Source: a virus (lineage: Duplodnaviria; Caudoviricetes). From it: 64,000 nt of DNA. Both the position numbers and the translations under genes were made by a program. Below, piece after piece: positions 22,529-30,106 of the stretch (position 1 is the stretch's first letter; every line of letters begins with the position of its first letter). The stretch lies in the IMG/VR virus record IMGVR_UViG_3300037067_004891, positions 32,001-96,000 of that record; one strand, given 5' to 3'. The notes beneath the pieces are model-generated. The model had not been told where the DNA came from. It was given only the letters and a program-made list of their open reading frames with translations, and did no database searches.

Positions 22529-22921
22529 TTATCGTTTACCATTTTCATCAAATACTATATGAGCCTTTTCAGGTAAATTCTCGGATACATCTCTTATCTT
22601 ATAAAAATAGGTAAAAACATTTTGTGTAGTTTTTTCGTTAGCACCGTTTAATCTTCTATGTTCCCAATAATATACCCTACAATATTTTAAGTTATCTTCG
22701 TCTATATAAATCTTTGTAATTTTATGCCAAACATCACCATATTCATCACTAAAATTGACCCACCATCCAGCTTTTGGTTCTTTGTTAGCAATCTCAACTG
22801 TTCTTCTTAGATATTGACTATCCAAATAGTCCAATTTATCATATTCTTCTTCACTAATATTATATTTATTTGTCTCATTTAAATGAGAACTTATGAATTC
22901 ATTGAATTTTTTCATAAACAT
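22529..22921 (-). CDS. protein with capsid-targeting-like N-terminus
   Basis: MKKFNEFISSHLNE. Confidence 0.5.
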   Translation of the reverse strand: MFMKKFNEFISSHLNETNKYNISEEEYDKLDYLDSQYLRRTVEIANKEPKAGWWVNFSDEYGDVWHKITKIYIDEDNLKYCRVYYWEHRRLNGANEKTTQNVFTYFYKIRDVSENLPEKAHIVFDENGKR

Positions 22922-23131
22922 TTTGTATTTTTGCTAATATATATAAATAAAATGAATATGTGTTTATTTAAAAAAAAGAAAATAATCACTGAAAAAGTTG
23001 AAGAAGAATTTAATTATGCAACTCCTTATACAAGAGAGTTCTATAAATTTTTCTTGAAACAAAAAGATGCCGAAGCAAAAAATAATTGAAAAATAAATAC
23101 AACTTTTGTTTTTTTATTAAGTATAAAGAAT

Positions 23132-23181
23132 TACATTTGCAGAGTATTTGGAAAAAAGACGTGTTTTTTCCTTAATATATA
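23132..23181 (+). promoter_or_regulatory. promoter region of tRNA array: Bacteroidota -7 element TACATTTG (23132-23139) and TAATATATA motif (23173-23181)
   Basis: Match to the TAnnTTTG consensus and to the recurrent phage motif. Confidence 0.55.
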
Positions 23182-23208
23182 AAACAAATAAAACAGTAAA
23201 AAATAGAA

Positions 23209-23331
23209 ATGATGTTAAAGAGTTTTAGTCATATTAGTTCGATAGTTTCCTCAGTGAAACGCCATAAATGGTTTATTAGCCATAATGGGACTGGACTATA
23301 TTGTCTAAAATCTGAATTTCTTTGCTTGTAG
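23209..23331 (+). CDS. putative attenuator leader peptide (40 aa)
   Basis: MMLKSFSHISSIVSSVKRHKWFISHNGTGLYCLKSEFLCL*; contains CTGGACT complementary to the downstream terminator arm. Confidence 0.6.
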   Translation: MMLKSFSHISSIVSSVKRHKWFISHNGTGLYCLKSEFLCL

Positions 23332-23361
23332 AACACGAAAAGAACTCATATAAATGACAGG

Positions 23362-23393
23362 AAAGTCCAGACGAAAGTTTGGACTTTTTTTTT
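23362..23393 (+). terminator. intrinsic terminator/attenuator immediately upstream of first tRNA
   Basis: AAAGTCCAGAC-GAAA-GTTTGGACTTT followed by a long T-run. Confidence 0.85.
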
Positions 23394-23418
23394 GGTATAA
23401 TTTGTTCTTTGAAATGAT

Positions 23419-23506
23419 GGAGAGTTGGCAGAGTTGGTTGATTGCATCAGTCTTGAAAACTGACAAGCCCGTAAGGGCTTCGGGGGTTCGAATCCCTCAC
23501 TCTCCG
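23419..23506 (+). tRNA. tRNA-Ser(TGA)
   Basis: GGAGAGT/ACTCTCC acceptor, CTTGAAA loop, long variable arm. Confidence 0.95.
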
Positions 23507-23619
23507 CTTAATGTTCTTTGACGTATTGAAATAATTTTAATAGTTCGAATTAGTTTAGTTTATATTTAATTTGATAAATCGAACTTATCCATATTTTATA
23601 TATAAAAATAAAAATAAAT

Positions 23620-24384
23620 ATGGATAAGAACACATATCAAAATGTATTAAAATGGGCTAAAAAAATAAAAGCTATAAATTATCTTGGTGGTAAATGTGAT
23701 AAATGTGGTGATGATAATATTTTTCATTTAGTTTTTCATCATTTAGAATCATCAAACAAAGAAAAATGTATTAATAATTTAAAAAATAATAGATGGACTA
23801 TAATTGAAAAAGAATTAAAAAAGTGTCAATTACTTTGTAATAATTGTCATGCTGAAGTTCATTATAAACAAGATTTTTTAACTGCTTCGAGTAAGGATAC
23901 GGTTTTAAGAAAGATTAATAAAAATTTTTGTTTGGACTACAAAAATAATAAATGTGAAAAATGTGGATATGATAATAATGAACATGCTCTGGTTTTTCAT
24001 CATACAAAAGATAAAGAGTTTGAATTAAGTTGTATTAGATATGACATAGATTTAGTTGAGGTTAAAAAATTTTTAAAAGATGAATTAGATAAATGTTTAT
24101 TATTATGTAGAAATTGTCACGGTGAAGAACATATGGATATCATTTTTTTTGAAAAATATAAAAAAGAAATTTATAAAAAAGTAGAAAATTATAAAGAAAT
24201 ACAGAAAAAATTACCAGTAGATGATATAAAAAAACTATACGAAAATGGAATGACACAAAATAATATAGCTAAATATTATAACGCTTCTAAGGGGACTATT
24301 AGTGGTATTATAAGAAACATAAAAATGAAATATAATATGGGAAATTCGGCAATTGGAAGTCAATCTCTCTCCAAAAGAGAATAA
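23620..24384 (+). CDS. tandem HNH-domain homing endonuclease with C-terminal HTH
   Basis: Two C..CG...FHH...LC.NCH.E.H units. Confidence 0.8.
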   Translation: MDKNTYQNVLKWAKKIKAINYLGGKCDKCGDDNIFHLVFHHLESSNKEKCINNLKNNRWTIIEKELKKCQLLCNNCHAEVHYKQDFLTASSKDTVLRKINKNFCLDYKNNKCEKCGYDNNEHALVFHHTKDKEFELSCIRYDIDLVEVKKFLKDELDKCLLLCRNCHGEEHMDIIFFEKYKKEIYKKVENYKEIQKKLPVDDIKKLYENGMTQNNIAKYYNASKGTISGIIRNIKMKYNMGNSAIGSQSLSKRE

Positions 24385-24411
24385 GTGGTGGTTCGAGTCC
24401 ATCATTTCCCG
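24339..24411 (+). tRNA. tRNA-Trp(CCA)
   Basis: GGGAAAT/ATTTCCC acceptor; TCTCT-CTCCAAA-AGAGA anticodon arm. Confidence 0.85.
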
Positions 24412-24515
24412 CAAAAATGTTCTTTGAAGTATTGGGTTATTTATATTATGGAAAGTAGATGGTTACATTTTGTAACGGACTCAGATGAGTAATTTAATAA
24501 ACCCAAAAATAAAAT

Positions 24516-24589
24516 GTTGTGGTAGTTCAGTTGGTTAGAATACGACCCTGATAAGGTTGTGGTCGGTGGTTCAAGTCCACCTCACAACA
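24516..24589 (+). tRNA. tRNA-Ile(GAT)
   Basis: CGACC-CTGATAA-GGTTG; canonical D and T arms. Confidence 0.92.
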
Positions 24590-24599
24590 CATTTTTTTT

Positions 24600-24674
24600 G
24601 TCCTAATAGCTCAGTTGGTTCAGAGCAATTGCCTTACAAGCAATAGGTCGGTGGTCCGAATCCATCTTGGGACA
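24600..24674 (+). tRNA. tRNA-Val(TAC)
   Basis: ATTGC-CTTACAA-GCAAT; T-loop TCCGAAT. Confidence 0.9.
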
Positions 24675-24676
24675 CT

Positions 24677-24749
24677 GTGTCTGTGTAGTGTTGGCTCTAC
24701 AAAGTGATTGTGACTCACTTTTACGGGGATTCGATTTCCCTCAGACACC
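24677..24749 (+). tRNA. tRNA-His(GTG)
   Basis: AGTGA-TTGTGAC-TCACT; C discriminator; atypical D arm. Confidence 0.82.
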
Positions 24750-24787
24750 CACATTATCAATCATTTATGATTGAAGTTCTTTGACAT

Positions 24788-25029
24788 GTTGGTTGAAGGT
24801 TTTAAAATTTTCTGAAAGTAATCGTGAAAATTCGGTGAACTCTGAGATAAAACCTAATTTGGAAGTAAGTATAACTTACAGGCGTAACGCACATTTTCGA
24901 TTCAGAAAAACCATGAGCCGAGGAAGGGTCGGACAGGCACTGTGTGAGAAGTATTTATGAGTATGATTAGTTAGTAGTTGATGAAAGTATCTGGATGAAT
25001 AGTGTTTATGAGTAGGCATATGGGTAAAC
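24788..25029 (+). ncRNA. candidate structured ncRNA within tRNA array
   Basis: GC-elevated, no credible ORF; pairings TTTTCTGAA/TTCAGAAAA, GTAAGT/ACTTAC, GAAAAT/ATTTTC. Confidence 0.45.
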
Positions 25030-25114
25030 TCGTTTGTAGTTCAGTGGTAGAACAAGGGAACATCGTAAATGTGCTTAAATCCCTGTGTCGCAGGTTCGAA
25101 TCCTGTCAGGCGAG
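25030..25114 (+). tRNA. tRNA-like gene with 20-nt expanded anticodon loop (identity undetermined)
   Basis: TCGTTTG/CAGGCGA acceptor, canonical D and T arms, AGGGA-[20 nt]-TCCCT. Confidence 0.75.
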
Positions 25115-25130
25115 GTGACCATATGAAAAT

Positions 25131-25203
25131 GGAACGGTAGTAAAGTTGGTCAATACACCAAGCTGAAGACTTGGCAATAGTGGTTCGATTCCACTTCGTT
25201 CCA
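25131..25203 (+). tRNA. tRNA-Phe(GAA)
   Basis: CCAAG-CTGAAGA-CTTGG. Confidence 0.88.
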
Positions 25204-25208
25204 CAAAT

Positions 25209-25281
25209 GACCCAATAGCTCAATTGGTTGAGCCTCGCACTTTTAATGCGAAGGTTGTGGATTCGAGTTCCACTTGGGTCA
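25209..25281 (+). tRNA. tRNA-Lys(TTT)
   Basis: TCGCA-CTTTTAA-TGCGA. Confidence 0.9.
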
Positions 25282-25338
25282 CTTCGCACTATTTAGACCC
25301 ACAACTTTATAATATATACTAAAAAGAAATTATATAGT

Positions 25339-26241
25339 ATGTCTGTAAAGTTGTGGGAAAAATATGAAATAGATTTCATCAAAGAAAATTATTCAGAAAA
25401 CGGTGCGAAATATTGTTCTGAACATTTAAATAGAACAAGAAAAGCTTGTGTTAGTAAAGCAACTGATTTAAAACTTAATTATTTAAATTATAAATATAGA
25501 TTTGAACATTTAAGTATTATTGTTAAAGAATCTAAAACTAAGTCTGAGTGTGTGATAAAGTTAGGATTGTCTGCAAGATGTTCTGGTAATTTTCAAACTC
25601 TTGATAAATATATTAAATTATATAATTTAGATATTTCACATTTTGAATATAGTCATAATAAGATATTTGATAAGAAACCATTATGTGAAGTGATGATTGA
25701 AAATTCCACTTTTCATACAAGAGCTTTAAAGACTCGTCTTTATAAAGAAGGTATAAAAGAAAGAAAATGTGAGTTATGTGGTCAAGGAGAAGAATGGAAT
25801 GGTATGAAAATATCGTTAATATTAGACCACAAAAATGGTGTATCGGATGACCACCGTTTAGAAAATCTTAGAATTGTTTGTCCTAATTGTAATGCTGGAT
25901 TGGAAACACATTGTAGAGGACATAATAGAATGAGCAAACAAAAAGATAATTCTTTTAGAAAAGAAAAAGTTATAAAAGAAAAAAATATAAATAACAAACA
26001 TTCTAAAATATATTATTGTTCTTGTGGTAAGATTAAATCAAAAGAATCAAAAATGTGTTTAGATTGTCATAATAAAATCATTTCTTTTAAACAAAGAAAA
26101 GTTATACGTCCACCTTACGAACAACTCATCAATGAAATAAAAAGTTCGTCTTATGTGGCAACAGGTAAAAAATATAATGTATCTGATAATGCAATTAGAA
26201 AATGGGTTAAGTATTATGAAAAAAATATTAACTTTGTTTAA
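25339..26241 (+). CDS. HNH homing endonuclease
   Basis: CELCG...LDHKNG...ENLRIVCPNCN. Confidence 0.88.
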   Translation: MSVKLWEKYEIDFIKENYSENGAKYCSEHLNRTRKACVSKATDLKLNYLNYKYRFEHLSIIVKESKTKSECVIKLGLSARCSGNFQTLDKYIKLYNLDISHFEYSHNKIFDKKPLCEVMIENSTFHTRALKTRLYKEGIKERKCELCGQGEEWNGMKISLILDHKNGVSDDHRLENLRIVCPNCNAGLETHCRGHNRMSKQKDNSFRKEKVIKEKNINNKHSKIYYCSCGKIKSKESKMCLDCHNKIISFKQRKVIRPPYEQLINEIKSSSYVATGKKYNVSDNAIRKWVKYYEKNINFV

Positions 26242-26939
26242 TGTTATCATTTGAAGAATATATTTATCAGCTCAATGAAGGTTTAATAAAAACTAACCCT
26301 ATTGATAAGTCTTTAACGATTTTAAAAAAGTCATTAATAAACAATATTGAATACTGGTATGATTTAGAAATAAATAATAACAATAACACCTTTCAAATAA
26401 ATTTTGAAGGAGTTCTAAATGAAAATGAATTAGAATGGTTATTCAGAATATGTAACAATTTAGGATATTTTTGTTCTTTTTATTTTTTAAAAAAACATAA
26501 ATTTCCATACAGGGGATTTTCTTGGTCTAATATAGAAGATTTTAATGGAAAAGTGAAAAATTGTATTCATTCGGGTTTTTTATTTGAGTCCAAGTTTGAT
26601 ACTTTATTAAAATATAAACCGTCATTTGTATATCATGTGAGTGACGAAAAATATTTAGATAGGATAAAAAAACATGGTGTTATACCAAAAACAAAGAATA
26701 AAAAAACAAATCATCCAGAAAGAATTTATATAACTTTGAGTTTAAATAAAGCGGAAAAATTGATAGATACATTTAAAAGTCAGGATAAGATTAAAAATAT
26801 AAAAAATGAATATCTTATTTTTAAGATAGATTTGACTGATAAATATTATGATAATATTAAAATATTTAAAGACCCAAATATGGATGGTGGTTTTTATTTA
26901 TATGATAATATTAAACCAAATGATATAATAAAATTATGA
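26241..26939 (+). CDS. KptA/ADP-ribosyltransferase-like protein with capsid-targeting-like N-terminus
   Basis: MLSFEEYIYQLNE; 'YHVS...IKKHGVIP...HPERIY'. Confidence 0.55.
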   Translation: MLSFEEYIYQLNEGLIKTNPIDKSLTILKKSLINNIEYWYDLEINNNNNTFQINFEGVLNENELEWLFRICNNLGYFCSFYFLKKHKFPYRGFSWSNIEDFNGKVKNCIHSGFLFESKFDTLLKYKPSFVYHVSDEKYLDRIKKHGVIPKTKNKKTNHPERIYITLSLNKAEKLIDTFKSQDKIKNIKNEYLIFKIDLTDKYYDNIKIFKDPNMDGGFYLYDNIKPNDIIKL

Positions 26940-27140
26940 CAAAATTCGAATTAACACCTGAAGAAGAAAAACAGGTTGATAAATGGAAGAAAAAACAGCA
27001 AAAGAAAAATTCTGATACATTTACTCTTGGTGAAAGATGGACATATTCATTTACACCCACTGGATTAGGTACACTTAAATCAGTTCATGATAATTTGTTG
27101 GATGAAGAATTTACGATAAGTGGTACTGAAGATTGGTAGT

Positions 27141-27479
27141 ATGGAAGAAGAAACACTTGATATAATTCAAAAGATACAAGAAGCAAGAAATCCTAAGTAT
27201 TTCTTATGGCAAATTATCAAGAATATGGAATGGTTTGCCTCTGAGAAAATTGATAGATGGTCGATAGGTAAAAAAGATGGTATAGTTTATTTCGATTACG
27301 ATACAAAAAATCACATTTTATATTATGATTATTTTAAAATATATCAAGTTTTAAAAACGAAATATCATCTTAATGATCTAACTATTAATGAATTAATTAA
27401 GGGTATGGTGAGTGAACATTTCAAATTGAGGGTGGACACAACTATTTTTACGGACGCTTACCAATCCTACGGTGAGTGA
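27141..27479 (+). CDS. hypothetical protein whose C-terminus is encoded by a CRISPR-like repeat and spacer
   Basis: MEEETLD...KGMVSEHFKLRVDTTIFTDAYQSYGE*; VSEHFKLRVDT is read from repeat 1. Confidence 0.65.
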   Translation: MEEETLDIIQKIQEARNPKYFLWQIIKNMEWFASEKIDRWSIGKKDGIVYFDYDTKNHILYYDYFKIYQVLKTKYHLNDLTINELIKGMVSEHFKLRVDTTIFTDAYQSYGE

Positions 27480-27549
27480 ACATTTCAAATTGAGGGTGGA
27501 CACAACTCGTAAAGATTATTCGTGCTAAAGTTTGATGGTGAGTGAATAT
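27407..27549. CRISPR. CRISPR-like mini-array (2 full 36-nt repeats + 1 truncated; spacers 28 and 30 nt), no cas genes in window
   Basis: GGTGAGTGAACATTTCAAATTGAGGGTGGACACAAC at 27407-27442 and 27471-27506; partial GGTGAGTGAAtAT at 27537. Confidence 0.6.
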
Positions 27550-27574
27550 ATAAATTATTTATAAAACAATAATT

Positions 27575-27718
27575 TGGGGTGACCCGATTTGAATGGGTAC
27601 TTCCTGATTAAGGTGCTGTGACATTATCTTGTACTAATCTCACCCATCAACTAAAGTAATCAACTTTAGGCTATTATAAGGCTACTGTCAGTCGAGTTTT
27701 CCAGTTCCACCACACCCC
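27575..27718 (-). ncRNA. tRNA-like RNA with ~80-nt insert in place of the anticodon loop
   Basis: GGGGTG/CACCCC acceptor, GTGGAACTGG D-loop, ACCCA-TTCAAAT-CGGGT T arm; TATATTTG promoter element at 27746-27739. Confidence 0.65.
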
Positions 27719-27904
27719 AAAATATATGTTTATAGCAACAAATATAAAACATTTCATTCATATTTAAAATTAAAGTTTACATTAATTTATCACATTTGAG
27801 TTATACATTAAAATATTTTATATTTGCGACTGATATAAAATATTTACCTGTAATTTTTTTTATAATATTTCTTTTATTATTTTTGACTCATAAAATATAC
27901 AGAT

Positions 27905-28669
27905 ATGATGAGGACTAAGATAATAAGGAACAATATATTGAAATCTGCTGAAAAAATAGAAGCTGATTTTTTAAATATAGCTTCATGGACTGGTCAAGTT
28001 GAAGAAGGGTTATTTGATGAAATCGAAGAACATTTTTTTGATTATTTCGATTTGACAACAAATCATGACCAATTCGATTTTGATACATTTGAAAAATATG
28101 TTCAGGTTCAGAACTTTTTCCCTCATTTAGTTGGAAAAGATGTTGGTAGTGGTTCTTGGGTGAAAGTTAAATCCGATTTAGGATATAATGTATACTGGGC
28201 GAAAAAATCGAATAAGATATTATCAGTTGAAAAATTAACACGCAAATTAACTGGTATGACTAAGGTTAATAAGAACATCGAGTTGGGTGTTTTGAAGGGT
28301 AAAATTGAAGAATTGAATGAAATAAAAAAGGAAATCGATTTATTTTCATATTTATTAACCTTACCCTTTGAGATTCAATTTGTGAAAATATTAAAAGGTA
28401 AGAACAACTTTGATTATATTTTACCGAGTACTTTTGAAATGGTTGAAGATGTTACTATATATACCGATGCATTGATGGATGGTATGAATGGTGGTGCTGT
28501 GAAAGTTAAAGAACATTTCACCAGTGCGGATGAAGATAAGGTGTTCTACTTACAATCCAGAGGTATCAGTAGGGAGATAGCTGTTATGATGGTAAAATTA
28601 CAGCATTGTCATTTTGTTATTGATACACAAAAATTGTTTTCTAATTGGATGCAACCTGTAAAAAAATAA
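27905..28669 (+). CDS. hypothetical protein with SufB/SufD-like C-terminal helix motif
   Basis: 'DEDKVFYLQSRGISREIA'. Confidence 0.55.
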   Translation: MMRTKIIRNNILKSAEKIEADFLNIASWTGQVEEGLFDEIEEHFFDYFDLTTNHDQFDFDTFEKYVQVQNFFPHLVGKDVGSGSWVKVKSDLGYNVYWAKKSNKILSVEKLTRKLTGMTKVNKNIELGVLKGKIEELNEIKKEIDLFSYLLTLPFEIQFVKILKGKNNFDYILPSTFEMVEDVTIYTDALMDGMNGGAVKVKEHFTSADEDKVFYLQSRGISREIAVMMVKLQHCHFVIDTQKLFSNWMQPVKK

Positions 28670-29164
28670 AAATATGATATTAAAATTCAATTTTTTAAAA
28701 AGGTCAAAAAAGGTTATCGTTGTTGATAATTATAATGACGAACGGGTGATTGATGTTCTTACGATGGAACAGATAGTTAAAGCAATGAAATGGTATAAAT
28801 TACATAAAGATAATATTAATAAAATAGTTGCTGATACTGAAAAAATTTTTGCACCTTCTCTATTTGAGGATAAAAACGACCCTATGATATGGAAAGCTGA
28901 ATACTGGAAATGGTTCTTATTTAAATTTGGAATAATAAGATAAATATATTGTGTAACTAAATTTGTGTATATGGAAAATGGTTCATAAATAAGTACGATG
29001 CCGATAGTAAGGTGGATATTTTACTTTTGACACTAAGAAGTATCGGTACAAAAGAAAAACATTTCTGAAATCATAGGTAATTGTGAATAAAGATTTAGAT
29101 TTTTAGTTTGTAATTCATATTATATTTTAAAAATCTCGTTAATTTTTGATGAGGTTTTTCGTAT

Positions 29165-29238
29165 GTTCGTGTAATTCAGTTGGTTAGAAATTCAATCTTA
29201 TACATTGGCAGTCGTAGGTTCGAGTCCTACCGCGAACA
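29165..29238 (+). tRNA. tRNA-Ile(TAT)
   Basis: GTTCGTG/CGCGAAC; TCAAT-CTTATAC-ATTGG. Confidence 0.85.
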
Positions 29239-29244
29239 CAACAT

Positions 29245-29318
29245 TCCCCAGTAGCATAACTGAATTATGTATCTCACTACGGATGAGAAGATTGTTGGTT
29301 TGAATCCAACCTGGGGAA
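29245..29318 (+). tRNA. tRNA-Arg(ACG)
   Basis: TCCCCAG/CTGGGGA; TCTCA-CTACGGA-TGAGA. Confidence 0.87.
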
Positions 29319-29360
29319 CTTTTTAAAATATTTTTTTAAAGAAAAAATAATATATAAGTT

Positions 29361-29540
29361 ATGAAAGAATTACATTATTACCCCAATTTAAAGGGTCAGA
29401 GGAAGAATGGTTGGATCAGTGGATGGACACAACCAAAGGGAAAATTCTGGAAACGGAATGCAAATAAGAAATTAAGAAAACAAAACGTACCTGATGGTAA
29501 ATTTTATAAAAAAACATGGGGTTGGTTTGAGTGGTCTTAA
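29361..29540 (+). CDS. small basic Trp-rich protein (59 aa, not in ORF track)
   Basis: MKELHYYPNLKGQRKNGW...KKTWGWFEWS*. Confidence 0.55.
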   Translation: MKELHYYPNLKGQRKNGWISGWTQPKGKFWKRNANKKLRKQNVPDGKFYKKTWGWFEWS

Positions 29541-30009
29541 AAAATAAAAATATTTTATTATGGGAATGTTTGATAGGGTTATAGTAAATATAGGTATGCT
29601 TCCATTGAGTCATTCGGAAAAACAAATAATATATGATGCATCTAAAAATGATATTGAATTTGATTTTCAAACAAAAGATTTTGAGAATGTTTTAACTGAA
29701 ATTTATATCACTGATGATGGTTTATTGCAGATTAATGATTGGGAATATGAAACTGTAACATTAGAAGAAAGACCACATTCTGGTGCAACTGGTTTATTAA
29801 AAATGGCTGGATGTTTAAGAAGGGTCAATCAACGATTGGTTACTCAGGAAGATTACACGGGTGTTTTTAATTTTTATACATATTTTGAAAAAAAACTTTT
29901 TGAATTTAATGCCACATTTATACATGGAAAATTAGAAAAAATTGATAGGGTATTTGAGTAAAATGAAATAAAACGTGGAGTAAGAAAAGAAAAATTGAAT
30001 GATATATTT

Positions 30010-30100
30010 GGAGAGTAGCCGAATGTCGGTTAGTCGGGGCTGTCTGCTAAACAGTTGCTCGTTGAAAAATGGGTCGTAGATTCGACTTCTACACTCTCCG
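30010..30100 (+). tRNA. tRNA-Ser(GCT)
   Basis: GGAGAGT/ACTCTCC; CTGT-CTGCTAA-ACAG; long variable arm. Confidence 0.9.
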
Positions 30101-30106
30101 CTTAAA

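Larger units (their letters stand above)
23404..24784 (+). promoter_or_regulatory. four boxA-like GTTCTTTGA elements (23404, 23513, 24419, 24776)
   Basis: Exact 9-mer four times in tRNA-array spacers; resembles rrn boxA. Confidence 0.6.

Noticed and set aside
25055-25084. Ochre suppressor (TTA) reading of the expanded-loop tRNA
   Set aside because: No canonical 7-nt loop with U33 places TTA at 34-36, and TAA is the dominant stop codon
25041-25289. 82-aa minus-strand ORF
   Set aside because: Antisense shadow of three tRNA genes
27407-27549. Diversity-generating retroelement TR/VR pair
   Set aside because: Repeats are identical rather than A-mutated, and there is no reverse transcriptase in the window
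27524-27655. Partial complementarity between the spacer 2/repeat 3 junction and the tRNA-like insert (tracrRNA-like idea)
   Set aside because: Only about 13 nt with indels; compatible with chance
27575-27718. tmRNA
   Set aside because: About 145 nt, no G3:U70 pair, no tag reading frame or pseudoknot region
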